Made by a program: the position numbers and the translations under genes
Notes under the pieces: generated by a model
Database searches by the model: none
Told to the model about the DNA's origin: nothing
The model's input: the letters and a program-made list of their open reading frames with translations, nothing else
In this document: in pieces, positions 36,582 to 50,599 of the stretch
Layout: each line of letters opens with the position of its first letter
Position numbering within the stretch: the first letter of the stretch is position 1
Assembly: GCF_006345805.1 (NCBI RefSeq)
Contig: NC_043008.1
Location: 56,234,001-56,298,000, forward strand
Length of the DNA stretch: 64,000 bases
DNA from: Octopus sinensis
Lineage: Eukaryota
Reading direction: 5' to 3'

Positions 36582-37670
36582 AAAAAACCTGTCCCCCCTT
36601 GCCCGCACACTCACCTGGCCTCTCCCCCCTTGCTGACTTGCGTCACCGTGGCAGCAAGTTGTTTTGGATTGACAAACGTATAAGGAGTACGACGACAACA
36701 AGAACAACATCAATAATGACAATGATGATGATGATGATGATGATAATAATAATAATAATAATGTGCCTCTATGGAACTTGTTCGATACATACATAGACAC
36801 ACTCATGCGTGCGCACACAGTCATACATACACAGACACATGCTTGTACATACACTATGTAGTTATGTATATATAAGTGTCAATGTGTGTGCGTGTGTGTT
36901 TGGTTGGTTTGTTACGAAAAAATGAAAATATGTAAAAAAAAAAAAACCAAAAAAAAAACCGACCAAACAAACAAACAAACAAATAAACATACCAGAAACA
37001 AGACAGAAGTTGAAAGAGCGAGAGCGAGAGAGCGAGAGCAAGCGTTGGATTTTGATTGAAACAACGGGGCTGGATAACAGAGACAAAAAGGAAAAACCAA
37101 AAATAAAAAAACAAAAAAAAAAGGACAAAAGTGTTGGGTTCTCAGAGAGAATGGTGGTAAGATCTGTGCGTGGAATATTTATTGTGTGCAATTTCTGGTT
37201 AATCTCTTTTTTTTTTTTTTTGAAAAGAAAGAAAAGGAAGGAAAAAAAACAACAGATAAAACAAACAAAAAAAGAAATAAGCCTGTGATGATTTGATCGT
37301 GGGGAAGCCATTTTCACTACTTAAACATTGTATCATTTTCGTCTTTTTCGTTTTTTTTAAAAAAAAAAATTTTTTTTTTCTTCACTTTCTTCTCCATTTT
37401 GCATACTTATTCACTGAGACACTTATGCTGAAAAGGAGTATTATACATATAGGCATACACACATGCTCACACATACACACACACATAGACTACACAGACA
37501 CACATGCAATGTTGCTCATATGCTTCATACAAATTCCAGTTTATGTACGGTGCCCCAGCATGGCCACGGCCTTCGGGCTAAAGGATTTAAGGATTTATAC
37601 AATTCATACTGGTGCAACAGCACACATGCAATCTTCTCTCTCTCTTTCTCTCTTTCTATCTATCTATCTG

Positions 37671-37708
<38 letters not shown>

Positions 37709-38243
37709 ACTCTCATTTAATCCTATAGAACTGGCATATAAGGTCTCTCCTTCTCTCTCTCTTTCACATACACAAATAGATAGATAGAGACTTTCTCCCA
37801 ACATGTATACACATACACGATTTCATGTGTGCATACATACACACACTAGTGTAGCATGTGTGTGTGTGTCTGTGCATGTCTGTGTGATAATGCAAGAATG
37901 TGCACGTGCATGCATATTTGCGCTCTGCACGCAGGCATAAGTAGACACGTGCATTTTGTGCTCATGTGCAGACATGCAAGCGTGCACAGCTGCATCTCTT
38001 GATGCATTTACATGCATTTGTACAGGCGTATTTGTGCTTAGGTACATACACGCAAGTGCAAGCACAAATATCTGTGTGCATACACACACACACACACACA
38101 TACATGCATTATATATAGATATATACATACACACTTGTAGAAACAAGCACACAGACACAGACAGATACATAAATATGTGTGTGTGTATGTATGTATGTAT
38201 GTATGTATCTATATATATATGTGTGCGTGTGTGTGTATATGTA

Positions 38244-38292
<49 letters not shown>

Positions 38293-38298
38293 TGTATG

Positions 38299-38334
<36 letters not shown>

Positions 38335-39033
38335 AATATGTATGTATATAAATATGTATGTATATATATGTATGTATATAAATATGTATGTATGTAATAT
38401 ATATATGTATGTATATATATATATATATGTATGTTTGTATGTATATATACATGCAATCTTACAAATGAGCAAAAAGCATTTAAGATATCATATATCACCC
38501 ACTTTTGAAATTGTTTTTTTTTTTTTTAAGAATCATGATATTGAAAATATCAAAGAAAGATAAGCAACCTTCCATCAAAACCCCTACAACAACAAAAAAA
38601 AAAACGTCTGGGTAGAGGAACCAATGCAAAAGAAAAAAAAGAAAAAAAGAATGAAAGAAAGGAAGAAAGCAAGCAAGAAAGAAAGAAAGAAAACAGTTTT
38701 TTTTGTAAATAGACATTACAATTGGTGAAACTCTCCCCTGACTGAAGCTACAACAGATGATTGGTGGACCCCCTTTTTTAGGCAGCGCAGAATGGGGGGT
38801 TAAACGTCTGCGACTGTCTGCACCTCTCCCTCCTCCTCTGATTCCCCCTCCCCTTTCATAATAATGATGATGATGATGGTAGTAATGATAATAATAATAT
38901 ACCACCTCCCCCTTCCTCCTCCTCCATCTCCACCTCCACCAATTCTTCCTTTTGCTATTCTAAACCATTGGACTTGGTTAAACAAGTAATCTATTTGAAA
39001 CAGGGGTGGATTTCACGAGGCTCTCTATCATAT

Positions 39034-39082
<49 letters not shown>

Positions 39083-40284
39083 TCATCCATCTGTCTGTCT
39101 GTCTGCCTATCTAATTCATCTTCAATATTGTTTAACTACAACAACAACAACAACAACAACAACAAAAGCAGCATGACGAATCCAGTAATTGTATTGAGGA
39201 TCAGTTCTGACTTCAGTGAAATCCTGTGTGATCAATCAATCAATTAATTAATTAATTAATTAAAAAAAAAAAAAACTACCCAAAACAGAACAAAAAAAAA
39301 TATAACGTAACAAAAACATACGACTTGAGATTATTTTTTCAACAAATCAGCCCACCTCACTCTACTCCACCAGACTACACTCCACTCCACCAAGCTACAC
39401 TCAACTCTATCAAGCTACACTCAACTCAACTCAGATTCCATTGCAGAAATATTCCTGTATTTTTTTTTTTTTGTGGTGGTCAAAGAAAGACTGAACAAGG
39501 AAGAAAGATTGGTTTGCTTATTTCTGGGTATTTTATGAAAAAAAGAAAAAAACCGTTGGAACTGGGAATGAAAGTTTAATGTTGGATTTCCATTTTTCTT
39601 TTGCCGTGTTGGAGAATGTTGCTGGGAATCCCGGTCAGCGTCGAGACTTTGGCAGCTTCCTCCTATTGTGTCGTTGGGAAGAAATACGAAATGATATGGT
39701 AATGGATAGAAGATATAAACAAATAAACAAAGCAATGATGATGATGATGATGATGATTAATAAGTGTCTAGTCATACGTGTACTTGTGCGTTTATGTGAA
39801 TATATGTCAATTTATCATACATACATTCATACACACTATATATTATATATAGAAGTGGCTGTGTGGTAAGTAGCTTGCTAACCAATCACATGGTTCCAGG
39901 TTCAGCCCCACTGCGTGGCACCTTGGGCAAGTGTCTTCTACTATAGCCTCGGGCCAACCAAAGCCTTGTGAGTGGATTTGGTAGACGGAAACTGAAAGAA
40001 GCCTGTCGTATATATGTGTATACATATATATGTTTGTGTGTGTGTGTGTGTTTGTGTGTCTGTATTTGTCCCTCTAGCATTGCTTGACAACCGATGCTGG
40101 TGTGTTTACGTCCCCGTCACTTAGCGGTTCGGCAACAGAGACCGATAGAATAAGTACTGGGCTTACAAAAGAATAAGTCCCGGGGTCGATTTGCTCGACT
40201 AAAGGCGGTGCTCCAGCATGGCCACAGTCAAATGACTGAAACAAGTAAAAGAGTAATATATATATACATACATACATACACACA

Positions 40285-40335
<51 letters not shown>

Positions 40336-40817
40336 ACACACACACACACACACATATATATGTACATGAACATGCATACATTATATATGATAATATATAT
40401 ATATATATATATACATACACACACACTTGCATACATGGTGTGTGTGTGTGCTTATGTTTAGTTGTAAGGAAACTCAATTTACATTAATATGAGTGGTTGC
40501 TCTATATTTCTGTAGAGTTCAAATCTATTATTCTTAAACAAGAATGTTGTCGACAGTGACTTTGAAGTTTTGGCCAGGTTTGTATTAGAAATCAAAATAC
40601 ATGTTTTATATTTTATTTTGATTTTTTGTTTTGGGTTTACCTTTTGGTCTGAGCAACAACAAACCTTATTTACGAGGGCAACCTTATGAGGACCTGCCAG
40701 ACATAGCAGCCAAACTTCTTTCAAAATTCCAACCAACTTCCTGACTTAAGGTTGGGTGTATTAGTTTAGTGCTAGATATACAAGGGAAATGTGTGTCTAC
40801 ACACACACACACACACA

Positions 40818-40855
<38 letters not shown>

Positions 40856-40869
40856 ACACACACACACGT

Positions 40870-40912
<43 letters not shown>

Positions 40913-40978
40913 TATGTACATATATGTCTGTTTGTGTGTATGTATTTGTCTATATATATATATATGTGTGTGTGTGTG

Positions 40979-41037
<59 letters not shown>

Positions 41038-42330
41038 ATGTTTGTATATGTATATATGTGTGTGTGTGTGTGTGTGTATGTTTGTATATGTATATATGTG
41101 TATAGATATGTGTGTGTGTATATATGTATATAATGTCCTCTGTTGAAACTATTTGCATTCATTAATAGATTATAGCCCTCCATCTCACACGACTTTCCCT
41201 TCCTCTGACTTCTGTACTAAGACATAGAATAACCTTTCCATCCTGAACCTCACAGTAACACACAGACCGACCTTTCCACTTCTTAATTCTTCTCTAGACT
41301 AGGCTACTTCTAACATAGGTGTGCGATGTACAGTATATACTCTGTGATGTTCCCTTTATGTCTAGACAAGCATTACTTTGTAATTAATCTCACCACCAAG
41401 AACAAATTTTAAAAACTGTTAGACAGGGGCGAACAAATGTGAATAGCTTGTGGTGGAACTCTGCCACCTTTGGCCAATTAGCAAGTTATACTCATCCTAC
41501 ATTGTCAAGTGATTACAGCACATTCACACGCATGCATACATATTGTAAGGTAACATTCACACGCACACACACATTGTAAGGTGACAAGATGACTATATCA
41601 CATTCATTCATTGAAAGTATCCAGTTTTTTTTTCTCGTCCTTTTACCTGGCTATTATGTCATCATGGAATCTTTTTATAATCCATCTGTTTGAAATTACA
41701 CTTTCCATATCTTCATATCATTTCTTTCAAGATGACATTGGACATTTTCTTATTGCAATATATTCTATGGACGCTCTTCTTTATTAAACGATAATAATAA
41801 TAATAATTATAATAATAATAATAATAATAATAATGATAATAATAATAATAATAATAATTGTTCATGCTTCCTCTCCAACATAACTTTTTTTTTTATGGCA
41901 GATCCTTAGAGATATTTAAGGATGAAAATAAAACTGTTTTTATAAGCTCAAGAAAAAAAAAATTATCCATCGAAAAAAAAAGACATTTCTTTTCCAGAAA
42001 GTTCTAACCTTGGACGATGAGGACGTTGGCTGATTTTTCCAACTAGTCATTGATAAATTTCATCTAACTGCAGATATATATGTATATGTGTATATATATG
42101 GCCTCATGGGATTTCACTGAAATGTAAAGAAATGCTCCATCTGGTTTCTTTTTCTTTTGTTTTTTTTTTTGTAATCATTTCAATCAAATTTTTAAATTAT
42201 TTTATCAATTTATTAATCTCTCTCTCTCCCTCTCTCCTTCTCTCTCTCTCCTTTCATATTTTAATGCCTCAGAAACTCAAGCCATTTTACTCATTGCAAT
42301 GTTGAATAAAGTTTCATTTAACATTTTGGG
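36582..42330 (+). other. Putative long 3' UTR of Myo9
   Basis: Unique islands separated by simple repeats. AATAAA at 42305-42310 with upstream TGTA elements and a downstream T/GT-rich tract. Earlier AATAAA copies also exist, so the end is inferred. Confidence 0.35.
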
Positions 42331-43679
42331 GATTCTTGCAAAACGTCTTATTTCAAAAAATATTGATATGAATTATTGTACTTTTTCATGTTTTTTTCTC
42401 TTTTTGTTTTCTTTTTTTCTTTGTTTTTTATTTCACAGGAATTAACGAAAAAATGTTAATAAGTGTTAGGAATTGATGCGTATGTATGTATGTATGTATG
42501 CGTGTATATTTATTGATAATGCATTAAAAATGAAGTTCAGTTTTGCTTGCAATGTTACACAGCCAAACTGGCACATAATGGGAAGATACTTTACTTTCAG
42601 AGTGTCCCTGAAATGTGAATACAAATGGAGTAAAACAAGTAAATCGGACCAGTGGTTATTGAGATATTCAGGGTTTTAGGGTCTGAATACCCCAAACGGT
42701 GCATAATGGGAAAATACTCTGAAAATAATTTAACTCTGAAAGGGAATAAATTCTAACCTTTCCATAAGACACATTATGATGGGCAAAATATTCTTAAGTG
42801 AAAATGACTTTTAAAATACAACAAATATTTCATAAAGGACCCATTTGTAACCTCGGTGTGAAATAGTTTTTTCCATAGGTTTCTTTCGAGCGCAATCATC
42901 ATATCTCTCCTCCAAAGGTTTGGCTGCTATTTCTAGCACGCCCTGCTACCACGTAACAGCTATTTGCGATAAAGGACCCAAAATGCCTGTTACGCGGTAG
43001 CAGGGTGTGCAAGAAATAGCAGCCTTTCCTTTTCTGGGGAAAGGAGCTGTTTACGAGGGATTACAATATCACATTGTAAGCATGCGAAATAACCTGCAAA
43101 AGGCAAAAACAAAAAAAAACTGAACAAAACTTTGTTGCTGGGAAACTCATTCCAGTTGACCCCACGGATCACGGGTAGTCTAGTCTAGTATATATATATA
43201 TATATAGATATATGTTGAATGAGGTTAAAACACGTCCTGGCTTTCACGTATTTTATTATGGTATTTTAACATTAAAAAATATTTTGTAATGTTCATAAAG
43301 ATCAATTAGAAGTTTCATACGTTCATAGTAATCATCATATTTCAAAATGTATTTAACTGACACTTGAGTTCTTGACAACTGTATTATGTCTTGGAGTGCT
43401 CCAACAAACTGAACTTATGAAATATGGTTTTGACTAATCCACATGCAGCTTAAACATGGTTTGCCGAGCTTACTGGTATTCTGTAATTTGTTTATATTCA
43501 TTTGTTAAAGATGTTTTTTAATCCACATCATTAACTGGTTGTAATAATATTGTTGTTATCTCCTTTCAGAACAGGTTTGAACATTTTAATTAACCGTTTT
43601 TCTTTTATCTTTCTTCTTCCAATCTCACTTGTGTCATGTAGTTTGTGGAAAGGAAAAATTAGAAACCTTTTCTGACCAC

Positions 43680-44820
43680 ATGTTTCTATATGTTCACTTT
43701 ATAGAGGACACACATGGAACGGATACCTCGATGACTGTTTTCTAATTTAGACCAAATCCCTAGAAAATCTAGAAGCATTCAGCACCCCCCTCAAGAATCT
43801 ACAAGAGAATGAGCAACACACAGTTACCATTTCTTGACATAATGGTAATAAAAAAAAAAACAGCACCACATTCAAAGTACAGATACATACCAATACCTAA
43901 ATTTCAAATCATGCCACCCAACACACAAAATGCAACATCCCGTAATGTCTAGCCAGGAAAATTTGTACTATAGTAGATGATCCAAATACCAGAAACACAT
44001 GACTTACAGAACTCAAAGGATTTCTGCTCAAGCAAAATTACCCTCTTCTACTTATAGAAAATAGCATACTACAAGCCAAAGGGATACATATAGAACAACT
44101 TAGAGCAACACGAAAAAGAGGAACCCATCAAAGGAACACAATACTATTTCTAGTAACACACAATCCGCATCACCAAAACATTTTTAACATCATCAAAACA
44201 AATTTGCCAATCATAGAACGAAGTGAAAAATTAAAAAGCATAACTAATCAAACTCTTATCTTCAGCAAAAGGCAACCACATACCTAAAGAAACAATTAGC
44301 AAAGGCAAAAACAGGATAAAGCATTAACAGTATCCAAGTGTAACGATAACAGATGTGGAACGTGTCAATGCATGCATACGGGTAGATCCATTAGAACAAA
44401 AAATGGGCAGATTTTCACAAATGCAGATATGAACTGCAAAAGCAGAAATTCAATCTGCATTAAATGCCCGAATTGTGAGGAACTATATATAGGCGAGACG
44501 GGGAATGCATTATCGGAACGTTCACGAGTCCACAGACAACATATCCGGAACACCAATGTTCATCAAATTCCATTGAGTGGACATATAGAAACATGTCAGT
44601 AAAGGTTTCCAATTTTCCCTTTCTACAAACTACGAGGGGTGTATGAAAATTGTTGAGCCTTGAAGTCTTGTACCTTCATCAGAAGTCTTGTACCATGTTT
44701 TGTATTTTTGAGGCTCAAGACTTTTCGTACACCCCTCGTACCTGACACAAGTCAGATTAGAAGAAAGGTAAAAGAAACGTCTTATCCAAATGTTCAAACC
44801 TTTTCTGAACAGAAATAACA
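43680..44820 (+). mobile_element. Penelope-like retroelement fragment (RT C-terminus plus GIY-YIG endonuclease), pseudogenised
   Basis: Translations include YLDDCFLI, FLDIMVI, YLNFKSCHP, C-x2-C, NCKSRNSI..IKCPNCEELYIGETGNALSERSRVHRQHIR and LIQMFKPFLN. Stops and frameshifts are present. Confidence 0.88.
44633..44738. mobile_element. 106-bp mariner-type MITE nested in the Penelope fragment
   Basis: ~28-bp TIRs CGAGGGGTGTA(T/C)GAAAA...TTGAGCCT, flanked by TA on both sides. Confidence 0.85.
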
Positions 44821-45968
44821 ATAATATAACAATCAGTTATAGTAGAAGACACTTTGCCCGATATGCCGCTGCGCAGTGGGATTGAACCTGAAACCGCGTG
44901 TTACAAAGCGAGCTTTTTAACCGTGGCCATCCCATCTTTGATTGGGACATAGTGCAGTTATGATTACCTTATCCGAAATGTCTGTACTTGTTGCAATTAA
45001 TAATATCCAGTCAGTCTTGATCTATCTCGCTTATGATCAGAAGTGTTCCAGTTATGACCATCCCGTCTAATATTCGTACATGGAGAGGACTGCATTATTC
45101 AATGCGACGTTCTTATTTTAAGACATAAAGTTGTGATTTGAGGTACGTTTTACTGCTATTTCTAGCAAGTTAAACTATCAAGTTGAAGTCCGGTTTGGTG
45201 TCAAGGGAAATCACTCTAGCTAACCTTTGTGAAATTGCAACGTATTTGAAGAATTCTCTAATCGGTGGTTAATGGGTCCATGGAAACTTAAGAGAACACC
45301 TTGAAGAATAATTCATAGAAAGCATCGTAATGTTCGTAATGTAGTCACCGTGATAGCTTAGTATGATCCACGTATTGTTCGCTAAAGGAAGAGAGATAGG
45401 ACGGAAGGGGGTCCAGCCAAGTGTATAAGAACACATTTTTAAAATGTGTTTTGTTGAAAAAAGTTTAGTCATCAAGAGAAACATATTTGGGACTCCATGT
45501 AATAAAATAGTAAATTGCGGACCCACAATAGCATTGTAAGAGCCATTGAAAAACTTTTGCCTTTGTTGTATGTATTGCAAGGAAGAGTTACCTTTCTTGC
45601 TTTAACGTTTTACTCAGTTCATTCTACACAAGTTTAATGTGCGGAAAGTAAAACGGATTTTGAAAGCTTTTTCTATAAAGCTAGTTTGTAAACATCGAAT
45701 GACTATGCTGGTCCACCAGAATAAAATAATAATTAAAGGGGGTCCATCGATAAAAAAACAAAAAAAGAAAAAACACTGTTTAGAACCCTTGATCTACATG
45801 GTCGTTCGACCTGCTAGAAATAGCAGCCAAATAATTTTAAATGTACTCTACATCAGGTAATGAAGTTCTAGATAAAGGAAAATGACAAGTTGAATGATGG
45901 AACGTATCTGATCATGTGCTTAATCAGACCTCACCTAGGGTTAAACAATATTTTTTTTAATAAAATAG

Positions 45969-46359
45969 GCGCAGGTGTTGCTGTGTGGTAAGTAGCTTGC
46001 TAACCAACCACATGGTTCCGGGTTCAGTCCCACTGCGTGGCATCTTGGGTAAGTGTCTTCTGCTATAGCCCCGGGCCGACCAATGCCTTGTGAGTGGATT
46101 TGGTAGACGGAAACTGAAAGAAGCCTGTCGTATATATGTATATATATGCATGTGTGTGTCTGTGTTTGTCCCCCTAGCACTGCTTGACAACCGATGCTGG
46201 TGTGTTTATGTCCCCGTAACTTAGCGGTTCGGCAAAAGAGACCGATAGAATAAGTACTGGGCTTACAAAAGAATAAGACCGGGGTCGAGTTGCTCGATTA
46301 AAGGCGGTGCTCCAGCATGGCCGCAGTCAAATGATTGAAACAAGTAAAAGAGTAAGAGT
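45969..46359 (+). mobile_element. SINE family A, full-length copy (tRNA-like head, internal TA/TG microsatellite, 3' half)
   Basis: A-box-like segment and B-box GGTTCAGTCCC, ...TTGGG(C/T)AAGTG core-like block, ends CAAGTAAAAGAGT. Other copies: 27741-28190+, 33401-33785+, 39853-40255+, 55138-55522+, 48877-49258-, 49270-49595-. Halves at 4884-5046-, 11270-11430-, 23395-23660-, 48735-48862+, 49795-50002+. Confidence 0.9.
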
Positions 46360-46919
46360 AACCCTTGATCTACATGGCCGTTCGACCTGCAAGAAATAGC
46401 AGCCAAATAATTTTAAATGTACTCTACATCAGGTAATGAAGTTCAAGATAAAGGAAAATGACAAGCTGAATGATGGAACGTATCTGATCGTGTGCTTAAT
46501 CAGACCTCACCTAGGGTTAAACAATATTTTTTTTTATAAAATAGAGATATGCACAGGCATGATACTGGTAAAAAGCCTGTTTCCCAAGCACATGACCCAG
46601 GGTTCAGCCTTACTGTGTAGCACCTTAGACAAATGTCTTCTACTATAGCCCAGGGCTGACCAAAGACTTATGAGTGGTTTTGGTAGACAAAAACTGAAAC
46701 CATTGTCAATATATATACATAATACATATATATATCTATACATATATAAATTTGACATGGCCGATTCTTTCTTATATATATACATATATATATATATATA
46801 TTATATATATATATATAATAAAGTGAATCCAAACAAGAAAACATGTATATGTATATATATATATATATGTGTGTATATATATATATATGTGTGTGTGTAT
46901 ATATATATATGTGTATATA

Positions 46920-46962
<43 letters not shown>

Positions 46963-46977
46963 ATATATGTGTATATA

Positions 46978-47032
<55 letters not shown>

Positions 47033-47036
47033 ATGT

Positions 47037-47343
47037 GTGGAGGCACAATGCCCAGTGGTTAGGGCAGCGGAGTCGCGGTCGTAGGACCGCGGTTTCGATT
47101 AGCAGACCGGGCGTTGTGAGTGTTTATTGAGCGAAAACACCTAAAGCTCCACGAGTCTCCGGCAGGGGATGGTGGTGATCCCTGCTGTACTCTTTCACCA
47201 CAATTTTCTCTCACACTTTCTTCTGTTGGCCTGCTCGCTTAGCCAGCAGGGTGGCGTCATTTGAAGGCTAAAAAAACAATGCGAACGTATTGTGACCAGC
47301 GATGTGTAGAAACATCTGATGGTCTGGTCGGTCACGTGATCAT

Positions 47344-47345
<2 letters not shown>
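47037..47345 (+). mobile_element. SINE family D, full-length (tRNA-like head)
   Basis: A-box-like TGCCCAGTGG, B-box-like GGTTTCGATT, tail GTCACGTGATCATGTGAT. Minus copies at 6380-6690, 25690-25985 and 31320-31510. Confidence 0.85.
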
Positions 47346-47389
<44 letters not shown>

Positions 47390-47828
47390 CTCCAAATATG
47401 AGCAAAGAGAAAACACAACAACGCGAGGACGTGGAACAAGTATAGTGCTATTGGACGCTCAGGAAAGGATAGAATATATATAGTAATCCCTCGCTATATC
47501 GGTTAACGCAGTACATTACGGATTTTTCTGGCTAATATATGTAAATTTATATTGCGTGTTTCTATGGCCAATACGTATATATTATTATTTTTTTCTTTTA
47601 GATTTTAATGATTTCTGTGGTAGATTTTGGAACGCCGTTCAATGACTGAAAAAAGTAAAGGAAAAGAAATATAAAAGATAAAAGAACGGCATAATTTATT
47701 TAGCATTATAGGATTCAGTTTCTGACTTCTTTTCTTTTTATACTGTTGCACTAACTTGTTATTTCTAGCACACCGTGTGACCAAGATGACGATCCCTTGT
47801 TGACTTATTCTCCTTACCATATCTCTGT

Positions 47829-48062
47829 CAGGCGACGAGCTGGCAGAAACGTTAAGCACGCCGGGCGAAATGCGTAGCTGTATTTCGTCTGCCGTTACGT
47901 TCTGAGTTCAAATTCCGCCGAGGTCGACTTTGCCTTTCATCCTTTCGGGGTCGGTTAAATAAGTACCAGTTACGCACTGGGGTCGAATATAATCGACTTA
48001 ATCCGTTTGTCTGTTCTTGTTTGTCCTCTCTGTGTTTAGGCCCTTGTGGGTAGTAAAGAAAT
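47829..48062 (+). mobile_element. SINE family B, representative monomer
   Basis: GGCG.CGAGCTGGCAGAAACG head, B-box GAGTTCAAATTCC, GCCTTTCATCCTTTCGGGGTCG..AAATAAGTACCAG central block, short TSD. Other copies include 20266-20465+, 21632-21848-, 25236-25475+ (19-bp TSD), 32067-32300+, 50375-50605- (12-bp TSD), 50860-51085-, 57980-58210-. Confidence 0.9.
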
Positions 48063-49593
48063 ACATATCTGTCTGTCTGTCTCTTCCCTCTCTCTCTCTC
48101 TCTCTCTCTCTCGTTAGAATACGCTGTTCTAGTTAATGTAATGTTATTAAAGAAATATCCTAAATCTTGCTCCTTGAAATAGTAGTGGAAGAGTTATCTC
48201 CCTATCCACACTGAACATTTTTACATAGTTAAACAGACTGTAATAGCGACAAAATATTTCCTTTCCTCAATGATAAAAACACGCACACAAATGCTAGTGG
48301 AGGGATAAAACTTTCTGTTTTAATAATTCAGATGCGGCCATGCTGGGGCACCGCCTTCAATGGTTTTTATTTTATTTTCAAGGATTTTAATTTTATTTCT
48401 AAACCTGATGCCGGAAAAAAATGCTTACCGGCGTTTTGTCTGTCTTTTACGTTTTATGTTTAAATTCCGCCAAGATCGACTTTGACTTTCGTCCTTTCGG
48501 GGTCAATAAAATGAGGACTAGTTGAGTACTGGGGTCAATTTTTATCGTCTAGCCTCTCTCCCACAAAATTCCAGGCTTTGTACCTAGAGTAGGAAGGATA
48601 TTTGAGCCTGTTATTTCTATCGGTTTCTTATGACAAGCCACTTAATGAACGGGGACGTAAAAAGAACCAACACCGGTTGCCAAGCAGTCGTGGGCGACAC
48701 ACATGCGCACGCGCACACACACACATACGCACACACATGGCTGTGTGGTAAGAAGCTTGCTTTCCGGGTACAGTTCCACTGCGTGGCACCTTCTGCTATA
48801 GCCTCGGGACGACCAAAGCCTTGTCACTAGATTTGGTAGACGGAAACTGAAAGAAGCTCGTCGTATGTATATACTCTTTTACTTGTTTCAGTCATTTGAC
48901 TGCGGTCATGCTGGAGCACCACCTTTAGTCGAACAAATCGACCCCGGGACTTATTCTTTTGTAAGCCCAGTACTTATTCTATCGGTCTCTTTTGCCGAGC
49001 CGCGAAGTGACGGGGACGTAAACACACCAGCATCGGTTGTCAAGCAATGCTAGGGGGACAAACACAGACACACAAACATATATATATTTACATATATACG
49101 ACAGGCTTCTTTCAGTTTCCGCTTACCAAATCCACTCACAAGGTATTGGTCGGCCCGGGGCTATAGCAGAAAACACTTGCCCAAGATGCCAAGCAGTGGG
49201 ACTGAACCCGGATTCGTGGTTGGTTGGCAAGCTATTTACCACACAGCCACTCCTGCGCCTATATATATTTTTAGTCTTTTACTTGTTTCAGTTATTTGAC
49301 TGCTGCCATGCTCTGGTACCACCTTTAGTCGAGCAAATGGACCCGCTATGTAAGCCTAGTACTTATTCTGTTGGTCACTTTTTGCCGAACCGCTAAGTTA
49401 CGGGAACGTAAACACACCGGCATCGGTTGTCAAACGATGTTGGTGGGGGACGGTTTTCTTTCAGTTTCCGTCTACCAGATCCCCTCACAAGACTTTGGTT
49501 GTTCCGAGGCTATGATAAGGTGCCACGCAATGGGACTGAACCCAGAACCATGTGGTTAAGAAGCAAGCTACTTACCACACAGCCGCTCCTGCG

Positions 49594-49671
<78 letters not shown>

Positions 49672-50599
49672 TATATTATATATATACATATATATTATAC
49701 ATACCATACACACACATATATATATATATACATATATACATATAACATATATATACACACATATATATATATATATATATATCTGTGCATGTGTATTTTT
49801 ATGCCTGTGCTTGTCCCACCATCCCCACTTGACAACCGGTGTTGGTGTGTTTACGTCCCCGTAACATAGCGGTTCGGCACAAGAGACCGATAGAGTCAGT
49901 ACTAGGCTTAAAAATTTAGTCCTGGGGTCGATTTGTTCGACTAAGATCTTCAAGGCGGTGCTCCATCATGGCAGTAGTCAAATGACCGAAACAAGTAAAA
50001 TAATGTGTGTGTGTGCGTGTGTAAATCTAAGGAAGTTTGTGCGTGTGTAAACCCGAAGAATTTCTTAAGTTCGCAGCTGATTTTCTCCAAACTGGAGAAC
50101 ATACATTACCTATGTTCCAGAGATGAGTAATGGGGCCTCTGGGGGCCGAAAACCCCCTTTCCTAGGTAAACAATACAAGCGATCGCATAAATCCTGAACA
50201 ACTATTCGGCTATTTTCTTTTAGCTTTAGTATCAAAGTCTCCTTCTAAGCATAGACGAAGCCCATACAAATATTCTCAGCTATTGATTAGAAACCCCAAA
50301 ATCGCATGTGCATTAACCTACTAATTTATGGTGTCTAAGACCCAACTACGTTGGTTTGAGACCGTGTCCTTAATTCTATTTCTTTACTGCCCACCAGGGC
50401 CTAAACACAGAGGAGACAAACAAGGACAGACAGACGGATTAAGTCGATTATATCGACCCCAGTGCGTAACTGGTACTTAATTTATCGATCCCGAAAGGAT
50501 GAAAGGCAAAGTCAACCTCGGCGGAATTTGAACTCAGATCGTAACGGCAGACTAAATACGGCTACGCATTTCGCCCGGCGTGCTAACGTTTCAGCCAGC

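Noticed and set aside
36440-36640. Alternative Ser/Thr/Pro-rich reading frame of the last Myo9 exon
   Set aside because: Not in phase with the exon 13 donor; the in-phase frame ends in the Myo9-like EIMV.
47037-47115. tRNA gene (also heads at 27741, 45969, 55138)
   Set aside because: No complete cloverleaf; each continues into a multi-copy SINE body.
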